NCBI GenBank assembly: GCA_043228905.1
Contig: JBHGNT010000124.1
Coordinates: 1-64,000, forward strand
Origin: Azolla caroliniana
Taxonomy: Eukaryota > Plantae > Polypodiophyta
DNA length: 64,000 bases
Direction: 5' to 3'
Each line of letters starts with the position of its first letter. Position 1 is the first letter of the stretch. Position numbers and translations under genes: made by a program. A model generated the notes under the pieces. That model saw only the letters and a list, made by a program, of their open reading frames with translations, had not been told where the DNA came from and made no database searches. Shown here one piece after another: positions 34,001-47,494 of this stretch.

Positions 34001-37000
34001 AGCTCTGACGATGAGGTCGGCGAGGCCGAGATGCCTCCGGATGAGCCCGAAATCGAGACCCGCGAAGAGAGTCCGATTTCACTCCGTTTAAGTGGACCGA
34101 TTGGACAATTGAGTCGGTACGACCAGTCCGATGAAGAGTCGGCGAGTAGTGGAGACTCGGTCGTGCATTCCCCGCGCAGGAAGCCGAGGAGACGGCTTAC
34201 ACGCAAAGAGAAAGGGAAGAAGAAGGTATCGGATTCCGGCACGGATAGGAACGAGTCAGACCGATGCGAGTCCGACTCCGAGGGAACCGATGACGGGTCT
34301 TTAAAGGTGAAGACCGCGTCAACCGAGAAGGCCTCGACATCGGCTAATGTGAGATTACGCCGATCTACCCGCCAGAAGAATCTTGTTTTGTGGTTCGGAT
34401 ACAACGAGTACATGGCGCATCATTATGCGTACATGACCCGTGTAGCGGAAGTGCGTGAGCCGGAGAGCTACGCAGAAGCGGCTAAAGACGCGAATTGGCG
34501 TGCCGCGATGGAGGAAGAGTTGCACGCATTGGCGGAGAACGAGACCTGGGACCTGGTTGACGCACCAAGAGGAGTAAAACCGATCAGGTGTAGGTGGGTG
34601 TACAAGGTCAAGTACAACACCGATGGCTCGGTCAACCGGTACAAGGCTCGGCTAGTGGCAAAGGGCTACGCGCAGAAACACGGCATCGACTACGAAGAGA
34701 CGTTTACGCCGGTCGCGAAAATGACGACCATCCGTGTTTTGCTCGCAGTAGCTGCGGTGAAGGGGTGGCACTTACATCAGATGGATGTAAAGAATGCGTT
34801 CCTGCAAGGTGACCTTGAGGAACAGGTGTACATGGTACAGCCTCCCGGATTTCACTCTGGAACGAACTCCTCGGCAGTATGCCGACTGAAGAAGTCCCTT
34901 TACGGACTGAAGCAAGCCCCGCGTGTCTGGAACGTGAAGATCACGCAACAACTGCGTCGGATGGGCTTCGTCACGTCAAAATCGGACTCTTCCCTGTTCA
35001 TCCGGAAAGGTCGACTCGGACCAGTCAGTATTTTACTATATGTTGATGACTTGGTCATCATTGGCGCCGACCTACGTGAAATCGACCGCGTGAAGCTCCA
35101 GCTTGCAGCATCATTCGACATGAAGGATCTGGGGGACCTTCATTACTTCCTCGGGATCGAAGTGATCCGTACCCCCGAAGGCATATTGATTAGCCAACGT
35201 CACTACGTGCTGAGTATGCTCTTCAAATTCGGGATGGCTGACTGTAAGTCAGTCTCGACTCCTCTGGACAGAACCGTCAAGCTTCGTCCCGATACGGGAA
35301 CGGTATGCGACCCGATGAGGTTCCGACAAATTGTCGGAAGCCTCATATACTTGACCATCACCCGACCCGACCTCAGTTATCCGGTCGGAGTGATCAGTCA
35401 GTTCATGGCGCAACCTACCGAGGAACACCTTCAGTGTGCGCAACGCATACTTCGGTATGTCAACGGCACTAAGGACCGGGGACTGCTATATCGGACCGGT
35501 GCAGCCGCGCAGTTAGTCGGCTACACCGATGCTGACTGGGCTGGCAACGCCGCCGATCGCCGATCCACGTCCGGATACGCGTTCTCCCTCGGGAGTGCCG
35601 CGATCACGTGGAGCAGTAAGAAGCAGCCGATAGTTGCACTGTTGAGCACCGAAGCTGAGTACTGAGGAGCGGCTGTCGCGACATGTGAAGCCATATGGTT
35701 GAAGCGGTTACTTAAGGACCTGCAAGAGGAGGTGTCAGATCCGACAACGATCTACTGCGACAACCTCAGCAGCATCCAGCTCGCGAAAAACCCCGTTTTC
35801 CACGCACGGACCAAGCACATTGAGGTGCACTACCATTTCGTCTGTGAGCGTGTCCTTTCCGGTGAAGTCGAACTTCAATACGTTCCGACGGATCGGCAGA
35901 CTGCCAACATCTTCACTAAGCCCCTTGGTCTGGACAAGTTGCGGCAATTCTCTGGTGCGCTCGGATTGCGTCACCTCGACGTGCCAAACTTGAGGGGGAG
36001 AACAGCCCCGAACGACCAAGCAAAGCAACAGGAAAGGAGCGGAGGCCGCGACACCAAGTCGGTTGACTCGGTTGTCGAGTTCGACTTCAGATCGGCTGAA
36101 GAAGCCGAGGGCGGACCCGCGGAAAAGTCCGAAAGCGAACAGAAGGGGAGCAGCCGAAGGAGAGAGCCGAAGCCAACCATGCATGGGGAAGATGACGCCA
36201 CCAAGGGCGAGAAGACCGAAGACGAGTTGGAGACAGCCAACTCGGATAGGAGCGAAAACCGATCGGAGGTAGCCAAGTCGGTTCGGATGTTTGATTCAGA
36301 TACGCTGAATCAACCGAGGCCCAAGCGAAAGAAAAGGCAGCAGGAGAAGCGTCAACACCGCAACAGCAGAAGAGCTGATAAGGGCTGCATGAGCAGACAA
36401 GCCGACCAGAAGGATCGAAGCACGCGGAGTGAAACAGGTCGAGGAGCGCGAGCGAGGCGTGAAGCCAGGAGGAACCGGAGTTGTGAGCCCGAGGATCCCG
36501 AAGAGCCTCGAGTTGAGCTTGAGGGGGAGTGTTGAGAGACAAGCTCAACATCGGCCGGATCGGCTGAAGAAGCCGAGGACCGGATCGGTTGGGACCGATC
36601 GGTTAGGCCGAGTGCGTAAACCGGGAGGCCATTAGGAAAGATATTCCGTGAGGAATATATTTGGGAGTTAGTGTAGTTAGTGTAGGAGCTCTTAAAGAGC
36701 ATTGAAGTACGGTCAGTACTTCGGTCAGTCCTTCGAGGACTTGTATAAAAGTGTTCATGGAACACACATATGTATAGAGTAGTGAATTGAGATCTTTTGT
36801 TGAATATAGTTCTTGTATTTTCTCTCTCTCACTCTCTCTGTCTCTCCCGCATATACTACGTAAGCTCAAGCTCTCCATTAAACCTGAGTTTTCTTCCTTC
36901 TGTTCGGTCTTCATACTTGCTTCCGCACGTTACTTTTTACATAAATCAATGGGACAATCATCGGTCAATAGTGAAGAAGAGTATTGGCTTGTACCTTATC

Positions 37001-37025
37001 AAACACGTTTTCATAATGACGATAT

Positions 37026-37582
37026 TGTTAGAATCATAACTGGCCACAATTGATTCCCGTTTCGTAGATTCACGTGTAGAAATGAACAATCTAACAGAAA
37101 ACCGAGAAAAACAAAAAACAACACATATTTTAACATGGAAACCCGAGTAGGGAAAAACCATGTGGAGTCCACAAACTCCAAAACAAATCACTATGATGAA
37201 GAGGAGTACAATGAGGAACTCGGAGGCAATGACCTTGAGATCTCCTTCGTCTACAAACAACTATGGAGTTACACAAGCTTCCACTCTCTCTCTCTCTCTC
37301 ACTCTCTCTCTCTCCACACACACACTTATGCAGGCAACAACCTGTTCTAACTATCTTACAACAAAACTCATCATAATACCCATAAAGTTTGCCCTAGTTG
37401 CTTATATACTAATGCAACTTTATGGCTATTTACAAACATAGCCCACATGGGACTCATTTTGACTGTTTACAAATGTAGTCTCTCGAGTTGGCTACATCCT
37501 TGTTTTCTGTTTCGACCTCAGCCTATCAGCCTTGATCGAGTTACTCATCAACTCAATTCTTTTCTTCCCATCTGGAGGAACA
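37026..37582 (-). mobile_element. Probable solo LTR inserted in the Tcn1-like element
   Basis: TGTT...AACA ends, interrupts host coding sequence, and has a minus-strand TATATAA and (GA)n tract. TSD imperfect. Confidence 0.6.
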
Positions 37583-39026
37583 TATTTCCCAATAGATACT
37601 TCTCTAGAAGTTGAACTATGGATTCCTCTTTAGTGGTGCTGGAAAGTCTTACTAATACTACTAATACAAACATTAATTCCTTGCGTCCTTCGTCACACAA
37701 TTGATGTAGTGAAATGGTTGAAACCTTATGACTAGATTCTCAAGGTTGTCGATATCGGATTTCTCTTGTTCTCCAATTTATGTTTGGATTGTGTAACTCG
37801 AACCATGGTAACCCCAAAACAATGGGATGTTCTGGACTACTAATTATATTGAATGATACTACACATGCCAAATTATATAGGACAACACTAATTGGCTCTG
37901 ACACTTCTACGATATTTCCGGAAGCAATGGGACGACCATCAATGACTACTACAGAGGCTGGACAAGGGAGTTTTCTTAAGGATATATGATGAGCTTGGGC
38001 AAAATTCTTATCCATAAAGCAAGAATTAGCTCCGTAATCTAGGAGTGCTAAGACATGTATTGGAGGAGTACTTTTAGTACTACTTGTTACTTGAGCTAGG
38101 AAGACATTGATAACTTGCTTAAAGAGAATGGAACCACTAATGAGTTACATAGATCTAGGGTTGTCCAACCAAACAGCTCCTATTTTGGTTGGACTTAGTC
38201 ATTTAACTTTCCTTCTAGTTGACTAAGGACTTCAAATTTGTTTGATAGGCTTGGGCTATTAGAACTGTCAACCACTTCTAATGAAATAGACTCTGGCATA
38301 ATACTATTAGTACTAATGGCTATTTGATTTACCTGTCTTCTTGGCCTATGGGGACAATTTACTGCAATTTGCCTCGGTCCATTGCAATAAAGACATAGTC
38401 AATTGTAATTGACATTCCGAACGTCGTTCGAAAAGTCTTTTACCGCAACGTACCGCTTGACTAATTGCCTCTGTGACTTTGGTTCTTCAAGAAAAGTCAG
38501 AAGTAAATCTTTGACATCATTTCGAAGGCCATATTGAAACTGCTCCATCAATGCTACATCATCCTAGGGAATATTGGCGGCGAGTAGACGGAAATCCACA
38601 CCATAGGCTGAGGCTGGACAATCACCTTGACACAATCTTCGGATTTTATTGATTGTCGTCCTAATGCTATCGGTGTCCCCGAAACAGGCTTTAAACTCGC
38701 TAATAAATTCCTCTAAATTATTTAATAATGGAGATCTTTGTTCTAATAAAGGTGCGAGCCATGCTAAAGTTGGGCCACTAAGCAACGTGCGTACTAATCC
38801 ATCTCATGATGCATCGTGAAGTATGCACTGAATTGTGATCGCGTTTCGTCAAATTTTGTAGGAAGACTGATCTTGGGTTCTTTATGAATTCTTTCAAGTA
38901 CTTGGTCCATGTTGTTGCAAGGAATCAGTTCAAACTATCAGGAATAGTATAAAGACAGAGAGGGAATTAGTACTAGAGATGAGGATTAGTACTAAGAGGA
39001 AAAGAGGGTGCAACACTCTCGACAGA

Positions 39027-39062
<36 letters not shown>

Positions 39063-39278
39063 TGATAACAAACAATATATTATATGCAGAGAATATACAA
39101 GAATAGCTAGGAGACTTAAGATTGGCGTTGAACCGAATAGGTTCTCAATAATGCCATATGCCTCTTTTTATAGTAGGAGTACTCTTGACATTTCTAGAAT
39201 ATTCTAGAGAAATCTAGAATATCCATGGATTTCCTAAGTGAAATAATAAATGGAAATAATATTTTTTGTATTACAATG

Positions 39279-39335
39279 TATAGCTTAATAGTAGGGCTTT
39301 AACCCATGTGACACAAGGTCATGGTTTAAATCCTT
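39279..39335 (+). other. Degenerate tRNA-like module antisense in U3 of the Tcn1-like LTR; related copy ~48779-48837
   Basis: TAGCTTAATAGTAGGGC...GGTCATGGTTTAAATCCTTTT. The second copy has GGTCATGGGTTCGAGT. Confidence 0.5.
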
Positions 39336-39485
39336 TTGAAACCATACCATGCTATATCATGACATAGACCATTTTAGATACATCTTACATTCGTCGTTGA
39401 ACCAAAATTTATATGGAAAGCTACACATATTTTGCCCACCCACATGCCTCTTAAAGTAATGATACCCAACCTTAAGGATGATATC

Positions 39486-39937
39486 TGTTGGCCAGTGCCG
39501 GTCAAAGTATGTCAGGTACAGGGGACAAGTAGGTTTCCGAAATATATTGATAATATTTAGTAAAGAATTTTTGTAGGAACGGGCGGATCCGGAAAAGGTG
39601 TACCGATCCGGATTTGGACCGGTTCATAGCCGATTGCCGGTTGGACACCGTTTTGTAACACAAAACTAGATGCCTATAAAAGGATCCGGATACTAATGTA
39701 TTAAGGGATGGGATTTAATATAAGAAAGTTTTGTTATTATGGTGCATTTGTGTATTCCGTTCTGTACTTATTGCCTTATCTTACATGTGTGATGTATGTG
39801 ATTGTGAATCTGGATACCGGCCGGAAGTTTACCGGTTTAAGTTAAAGTGAGTAAGAATCCCTTTCCGTAACCACTCTTTGGTGAAGTGTTCTGAAAGGAT
39901 ACCCTGTGTTAGCGGCTAGTCCAACCCAGGATTAACA
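39486..39937 (+). mobile_element. Solo LTR (452 bp), TSD ATATC
   Basis: TGTTG...TAACA. ATATC at 39481-39485 and 39938-39942. TATAAAA at ~39675. Same family as 13622-14083. Confidence 0.92.
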
Positions 39938-40587
39938 ATATCCTTCAAATGTTGCCAATTTTATTTAATATCATTGCTTAGAGAAAAATTTAACAAATGG
40001 TTCTCCACTTCATTTGCATATATCTTAGCTTTTTCATAACAAGGTCAGATGATACATCTCTTTTCATCTTTCACTCCATGGAATCTATTGGTGAAATGTG
40101 GAATTGCAAGATCTAAGTACAATGGCTTGTGGTCTAAGTCCGGAGATAGTTTTGCCTCATGCTCCCATATTTTAGGCAAAAATATAATATTCATACCTTG
40201 AGTTAAATCATTGAGTCCTGGATATCCTCTACAATTCCAAAACATTACTTTTAATCGTGTAGCACTTATAGTGCCATAGGTCATTGCTTGTTATGCCTTT
40301 TGATTTGCTTTCCTAGATGCATATGCTTGCCTTCTACGTTCTTGCTCTTGTCAAGTTCTACGCTCTATTACCAAAAAACTTGACATCCCTTTTAAGTACA
40401 CCTTACTACTAAGAGTATCCTTGACTAATAGAAAAAGAAACCAAATTGAGAGGACGCGATGAACACAATCGTGTAGCCTGCAAACACATATTCTGCTGCC
40501 CACATCGCCAACACAACCGGATCATCTACCGCCGGATATGCCTCCACTGTCGGCCACATACCTGTCGGTTTTCTAGTCTTTGTTCCT

Positions 40588-42081
40588 GTGCCTACCATAG
40601 TAGCTGAGAACAGATCCATGATTGCTGAAATCAAGGCATCATCTGCAGCTGAATCCTCTCTTGCTTCAACCTTCGTCGCCACATCCGCCAATCAAGAGCA
40701 CTTGCCATGCCGTCGCGAACAATTTGATCGGGGCTCTTGTGCAGCTAACCTGGATATTCCATCCATTTCGGATAGCGCAATAGAGCTCAAGTTGTCAGAA
40801 CAAGATCGAACACGGATTGTGCCAAAGATTCAGTGTTTGGAAAAGAAGACTGTCATTGCGCAGGTCTTGGGTCTTCGTCCGACACGGGCTAACCTCCGTT
40901 TGTTGCTTCAAGCCGCTTTGAAACAGGACCTTGACAACATTATAGATGTATAGATACTTGGCAGGAATTACTACCAGTTAGAGTTCGAGTCAGAATGTAT
41001 GACACCAGTTTTGTTGGAGAAGAAAGCAATAGCAGTCAAGGGAGGTTGGATCTCTTTTCACAAGTGGAGTCACAACTTTTCCGCAAATCAGGTGCATCAT
41101 GATTTTGATTCATATCAAACATGTGTGGTTGTTTTTCCAAATTTAAGAAAAGAATGGTTACCTTCTATGCATGTGATTGGTAGCACTATTGGTACGGTTC
41201 TAGAAATTTATGAAAGACCACGCCGGATCGAAGATAAGTCTTTAGGGGCTGCATCTGCTAAGCTTTTGATTTCTAAGTCTACAAGGCTGCCCTCAAACAT
41301 TTTGCTGCCCAATCTACTTGATCCTCTACAGGCCCCTTACTATCAAAAAATCTTGTATAGAGGTTTGTTGAACCAGTGTTTCCGTTGTTTTGGGTTTGGC
41401 CATTTGGCAAAGTATTGCCCGAATTTTAAGGAAGACATTAACAAACATACACCTAGCACAACTATAGTTCCATATCATAATATAATTGAGGGTTCAACCA
41501 CAGTGGAGCATAAGAAGACACCGAAGACACATCCACGTATATCTCTAAATAAACTTACACAAGTGCCAATAAACAATATGCAAGACTTCCCTCCCTTGCA
41601 GAATACATATAATGCTCTCCAAATGGAAGAGGAAAGTTTAGAAGAACTGAATAATGGGGGTCACTTATCATTCCATCCTCCTCAAAAACTCAAGTCAGAC
41701 TCTTCATCACAGAAGATAGTTCAACATTCTATTCAGTTTGATTCATCCTTTCCAAAGTTGGTGGTAGGACAACCACCAATAAAAATAGCTGAGAATCAAC
41801 AACCTTTGGTTATGTCTACTAATTTGGATATCTCCAATAAGCTTAACGAAAACGTTGCCTCTAATCTACAAGTGGATTCGGATAAGTCTAAAGGACAACC
41901 AAGGGATATAGAAATGAACCAAGAGCACAATCATGCTGGATTTCAATTTACACAAGATCCTTTGGTAATCCAAAATCCTGAAAAGGTGGTCAAGGAACAT
42001 AGGATGCATAAGTATGCAGGGAAGGATTTTCTCTTGAGAAGACAAATGAGAGCTCAAGAGGGAGCCAAGAAAGGACGCTAG
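40588..42081 (+). pseudogene. LINE ORF1 (DUF4283-like region plus CCHC knuckle), in-frame stop at 40951; true start uncertain
   Basis: ORFs 40588 and 40999 are in the same frame. CFRCFGFGHLAKYC. Confidence 0.8.
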
Positions 42082-42124
42082 GATGCTCTTCATGAGAAAA
42101 GGACATCGCTAACCCCTATATAAT

Positions 42125-45100
42125 ATGGATGCCCTACATCTTCTTTCCTGGAATGTGCAAGGTCTGGGTGGTTAGGCTTTTCGCAGATTTAAAGGACTTG
42201 TACGTTCTGATTTAGGTATTTCTAATATTGGCATCATAGATATCCTCTTTCTGCAAGAGAATCACCTGTGCAGGGATAGGATTCAAAAGTGTGGATCCAT
42301 TTTACCAAGACGGTGGACTCATTTTTGGGTTCCTACCTTTGGCCCAAATAGCCGTCAGGCTGGATTATGTATAGCTCTTAGACAACACTTGCAATCTATT
42401 ATCTTGTCAGCAGGTACTGTTATGAATAAACGGGCACAATTTCTTATCATAAAAATAGGGTCTCAGAAGGTTGGCCTAATGAATATCTATGCTCCTAACT
42501 CCACGTCAACGAGGGCGAGTTTTTGGCTGTCTCTTGTGGAATATGCAGGAGGCGATTTTAATATGATCGAAGAGGCCTCTGATAGAATAGGAGGTACAAC
42601 TACTACAATTTCAGGTTGGGAAGCTAAGTGTTGGGATTCCTTCTCTTTTGCTTTTGGTCTGCTTGACTTATGGAAGGTGCAATCTTTCTCACATATACAA
42701 GGGTCCCTAAATTTTTCTAGATCTAATGGGAGTGTGGTTAGTGCTCCTTTGTCTCAGCTAGATAGATTTTATGCCAACAGTTTCTTTTGGGATGCGAGAG
42801 GATCCATTGGCATTATTCCCAGATCAACAATATCTGACCATGACCCTCTGAAGTTAAATGTTACATTTTATAAGAAGAGATACTCTAAGCAGTGGCGTAT
42901 TCCTCCGTCTTTACTATCTGATGATAGCCATCGGATGTCCATTATTCAGATATGGTCAAAATACAACTGGACAGATGATTGTTTGATTCTTCGTAATATG
43001 GTGGATGCCATACTTGATACAAAGAATTTCTTCATGAATATAGTCTTCGCTTCGATGTATCGTTGCAATTCAGAAATTGCTAATTTGCGGCGTGCTCTTG
43101 CAACATTACAAAAACTGTTGGAAAGGTATCCAACTTCATCCATGCTACTTTCTGATTTGCAGCATGCAAAAAGAAGTTTAAAAGAAAAGCAACAGGCACA
43201 TTCGACATTCTTCTTTTATCGTAATGTTGCTCGCTGGTCACAAAAGCAAGATTGAGTTAATAAAGAATTTTTCAATCAGTTCAAAAGAAAACATAAACCT
43301 GTTTCTATTACCTCCTTGAAATGGCTTGATGGATCATATACATCAGATGAATCCGAGATGCGAGGTATAGTCTCAGATTACTATCAGCAATTGTTGTCTG
43401 CTACAACTTTTACAACAGATAGTCTTTGTAAGAAACAAGATATACTTGCAACTATTCAGTAGAAGATCACTAATGAAATGGCATCTCATTTAATACAACC
43501 ATTTACGTTCCAAGAGGTGTTATTTGCAACTAAATCCTTGGGTAAGGATGTCTGTCCAAGAAAAGACGGAATAGGAGTTGGCTTCTACTTACATTATTGG
43601 GATCTTCTTGGCCCTATCCTCACTAGAGTGACTAATCTAATTTTTTCAACGGGAGCTATGCCGGCGGAATGGAAGGAAGGAATAATATACATGATTCCTA
43701 AGTCTAATGTGCAATGTGATGAAGTTTCTAAGTGGCGGCCAATAACACTGCTCAATGATATTTATAAGATTGTGGCAAAAACAATTGCCTTTAGATTACA
43801 ATCTATGTTGCCATCTATTATTCATGATACACAGTCTAGTTTTATACAAGATAGAAGCATTTTCGATAATATCTTTTTGTTCTGGGAAATAGTTGCACTA
43901 GCTCAACAAAATAAACAACAAATGGCAGTTTTACTATTGGACTTTGAAAAAGCCTATGATAAAATAGATTGGGACTTTCTTGAGGCAGTGTTGTCAAGAT
44001 TAGGCTTTCCTACTGTATGGATAAATGGTGTTTCGACCTTATATAGGCAAGCCTCTAGCTCAGTTTTGTTCGTTGGAGGTTATGGGCCAATATTTCCGAT
44101 TTCCAGGTCGGTTAGGCAAGGATGTCCTCTTGCCCATTCTCTTTTTATCTTGTATGGGGAAGCTCTAGCTTCATACCTAAGATCTTCTTCAGCTTGTATA
44201 AAAGGTATAGCATTACCTATTGCACAGTCTGTTGTATTGGATGTTGAGTTTGCAGATGATACGGCCCTCTATGTTGATGGGGAGATTGGTAATCTCGAGC
44301 AGGTACAAAATGCTTTGCAGAATTTCTCAGAAGCTACAGGTTCCTCTCTTAATTGGAATAAGTCGGTAGGGTTATGGGTGGGTGCAGAGCCTCATCCTAC
44401 TTGGTATCCAGGTTCTACTTTCTGTTGGCTTAACCAAGGTGAACTTGTTCGGTATTTGGGATGCCTAGTTGGTATAGATTTAAAATCAGAAGTTATGTTA
44501 TCCCCGCTGCTATTATCAGTAAAGCATAAACTTTTATATTGGGATGTCCAACAACTGTCCTTTGCAGGTCAGGTTGTAGTAGCAAATTTAGTACTTTTGG
44601 CCTCCATGTGGTTTATAGCTTCTGTTTGGTTATTTTCAAGGTCAGCAATAATGAAAGTACAAAGCTTGATTCGTAACTTCCTCTGGGGAGGAAAAAATGG
44701 ATCTCGAACAATAGCCAAAGTTGCTTGGAAGGTGCTGATTCAACCTAAAATCCATGGAGGCTTGGGTTTGATAGATCCTTTGATGCAGTCAAGAGCCCTC
44801 TTGGTTAAGTTTGTGATTCGAGGATTGTTACCAGGGTCAGAAGCCTGGAAAGGAATTTTTGTAAAGCAGCTAATGAAGTTAAGTCCTAGGACGGGGGGAA
44901 TTTGGTCTCCCTCTCTAAAATGGTTGTTCTTGAATGACGTACAAATGCCAAGGCGAGATCTAGCTTCTAACCATTTTTTGTTAGGAAACATAAGGGCATG
45001 GGATGGGATCAAGTCATTTCTAGTTAAGGAGAAGCCCTCGACTTGGGATGCATTGCTTAATCAGCCTCTTCTTGGAAATTCTCTATTTTAGGATAATATA

Positions 45101-46429
45101 GGAAAAGTATTGGGTCTCAGAGCTCACCTTGCCTAGGGTAAACTGGATAATGGGTCAGCTGCTTCTGTAAATACTTGGATTCATTTCCAACAGATGCCAC
45201 AAGCAGATCGACTTGCGCATCTACAAACTATTCATGGAGCCAAGATAACGACGACTGCCATTTCAGCTTCATATTCCTCATTAGCGGCGACTTTTGAACC
45301 CATACAGGAGTATTTCTGGTTTGGATGCTTCATAAATGATACATTGTTGGCTGTCAAGGGTATCTCACCTAATGGGTGCATCTCTTATTTTGAGGTTCTT
45401 GATAACAATAGAATGCAGCCTCATGCTTTTGACTGCAGCTACTTTCAGCATGTGTAGAATGCACCAGTCAGAGTGATTGCAAAAATGGGAAAGAAGTGGT
45501 TGCTGGATCCTATTGCACATATGTGTGATATGATGTGGTTGTATGCAAAAGAACCTGTTGCAAGACTACTATGGGATCCGGGGGGTTGGTTCTGGACATA
45601 TTCCTTGGGGGAACATATCATAAAGGTTCCCTTTTTTCAGTATTCAGTAAAGCTAGGAAGGTCATTACTAAGGTCTATTAATGTAATGACGCTAGTAGCA
45701 CAAAAACATTGGACTAACTGGGGTGTTTCAACGTTGCAGCTGAAAACATATTGGAGATGGATATGGTCTTTCAAGGGGCCTTCTAAATTTATTCTTTTTA
45801 GATGGCTGTTAGTGCATGTTGCATTACTAGTTGGCCAGACGTTAAAAGGGAATGTCACACAGAATCTCAGGCAATGTGGATTATGCTATGCAACGCCGGA
45901 GACTACTAAGCATGACCTCTGGTCTTGTCCCTTGGCTCAACAAGTATGGAATAAAGTTCTTTCTTTATTCCTAACAATCAATGTTGGTTGCTTGTTCTCA
46001 TGGGGAGCAGCAGTGTGGGGAGTATTACACTCCAGCCTGATGTTGTATGAGGCAGATGATATGCAAGAGGCCATGACAGCATATAACAGAAGATTGATAT
46101 CAGTTAGTCCGTTTCAACAACCTCGAAAGCAAATGCGATCTGTCGAGATCTAGAAAACTGTGACTACGATAACATTATGGGTATTATGGAAATGCAGATG
46201 CGGTCGACTTTACAATGCCTCAAAGCTTGGCATTCTAGAGGTATTGCTTGAGATATGGGAAACATTGTTGACAGTAGTTTGTGTGCAGTATAATAACATG
46301 GTTGGTTCTCCAGAATATATTCATAAAAGAAGGATGAAGCTTCTTCACTTACGGAGGAAGGTGCCTCTCTTTGTAATGACAAACCAAAGACCTCAATGGA
46401 ATTATCATCTTCCATGGACCTTTTCTTGA
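42125..46429 (+). pseudogene. LINE ORF2 (AP endonuclease, RT, zf-RVT-like) with multiple stops
   Basis: SWNVQGL, NIYAPN, GDFN, LDRFY, SDHDP, WRPITLLN, LDFEKAYD, RQGCPL, FADD, YLG, GGLGL, CGLC..ET..H..WSC. Confidence 0.93.
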
Positions 46430-47494
46430 TATAAAACCAACATGTTAATGTATCATTTAAGGCTCAACAACCCTATATAAGTTGTTTTTGTATGTACAAG
46501 TTTAGGTGTACATACATTACATTGTAAACCTACAAGCAGATAACTTTCACTTGTACTTTCTCAATGTTTTAATACTATTGAAGAAAATCTTTCATGGAAA
46601 AAAAAAGTACACCTTACTACCATCTAGAATCATTGCCCTATTACGTTCATCAAGGATTGTACAAACAATAGCTTGAGATGACTTTCCCTCTAGTTGCCTT
46701 TTGTCAACCATATGTGCGGCATATACAATAATATCTCGCATAGCAAACTTATCTTCAAAGAATTTCGTAATATTCTCTCCCAAATGATAATGCATTTCTG
46801 TTTTATTCTCTTGCATACCTCTAATGACAATATTATTCTTTCTTCTTTCGATTTCATTTTGCTCCTTTGCATCTAACACATCCATGGTATTAGAATGCCT
46901 TTGCATGATTTTCGGTGTTTCATTTAAGAGAACACATTTCCCCTTTGTCTTGATCACATCTTCCCTCCCTTCAATTGTAGATTTTATTTCGGCATTTGCC
47001 TTCACCAAAACATCTTTTCCTGTTTCAAGACTCAACATTTTTCTTTCTATTTCAAGCATTCGATTATCTTGCATTTGAATAGTCATGTTCTTCATTACAT
47101 GTAGTTCTTCATGCAAAGCTTTAATCTCTAACTTTTGCATTTCCATTGTATGTTGAAGAGTTAATTCTCTCTCCTTATAACCATACATTTCGCTTTGCAT
47201 GTGCCTCACTGTCTTTTGCAATGAGATATACATAGCTGCCATCTTTTCCATTGACAAAGTATGCATTTGATTGTTTGGACTTTCAATCACGTCATCATTG
47301 ACTTTTACTCCTCTTGGATCAAATACGTCGTTAATGAGGATTGAACCTATAACCTCACATCTACAATACATCATGCCTAACCATTTCAATATGAGAGACA
47401 AAGAAAAAAGAAATTAAAACTAAGAGACCAATTTTGACCTATGGGACCAAAGTATACATGTGGTCTTGATATGTGTCTCCTTCCTAAGAAGGGG

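Larger units (their letters stand above)
24354..36535 (+). pseudogene. Copia gag-pol (gag, CCHC, protease, integrase, RT, RNase H). Split by the 24550-31906 insertion, with several stops and frameshifts.
   Basis: KLDRTNYASWS, CWYCGKKGHRESEC, WYVDSGASNHMT, WHKRIGH, LRSDGGKEY, QMDVKNAFL, LLYVDD, YTDADWAG, KHIEVHYHF. Confidence 0.93.
20330..36941 (+). mobile_element. Full-length Ty1/copia element. 5' LTR 20330-24272 (interrupted by 20653-24170), 3' LTR 36530-36941, TSD TAAAT.
   Basis: TGTTG...TTACA LTRs. TAAAT at 20325-20329 and 36942-36946. tRNA-iMet PBS TGGTATCAGAGC at 24273, PPT TGAGGGGGAG at 36520-36529. Confidence 0.95.
17751..39364 (-). mobile_element. Decayed Ty3/gypsy chromovirus (Tcn1-like), host to nested insertions. 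Own sequence ~17751-20329 and ~36947-39364; 5' LTR ~39060-39364.
   Basis: Minus-strand remnants: gag (38564..38785), protease (37740..38050), RT ([25 protein letters not shown]), RNase H (ANASDFAIG), integrase (WQSISLDF, ISDRGPQF, AEFAYNN) and chromodomain (YYLVDWLGY ~17760-17840). LTR starts TGTCATGATA at 39364. Lineage assignment is inference. Confidence 0.8.
40410..46604 (+). mobile_element. Full-length L1-type LINE with poly(A) and 16-bp TSD AAGTACACCTTACTAC
   Basis: TSD at 40394-40409 and 46605-46620, A-run at 46598-46606, two-ORF layout. Confidence 0.93.
39943..47401 (-). mobile_element. Old decayed LINE (ORF1 ~47401-46605 continuing at 40409-40285; endonuclease start ~40284-40045), split by the L1 insertion
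   Basis: Coiled-coil ORF with ERRKNNIVIRG. Reading continues across the TSD (GSKVY|LKG...QEQERRR). LKVMFWNCRG is an AP-endonuclease N-terminal motif. Confidence 0.65.
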
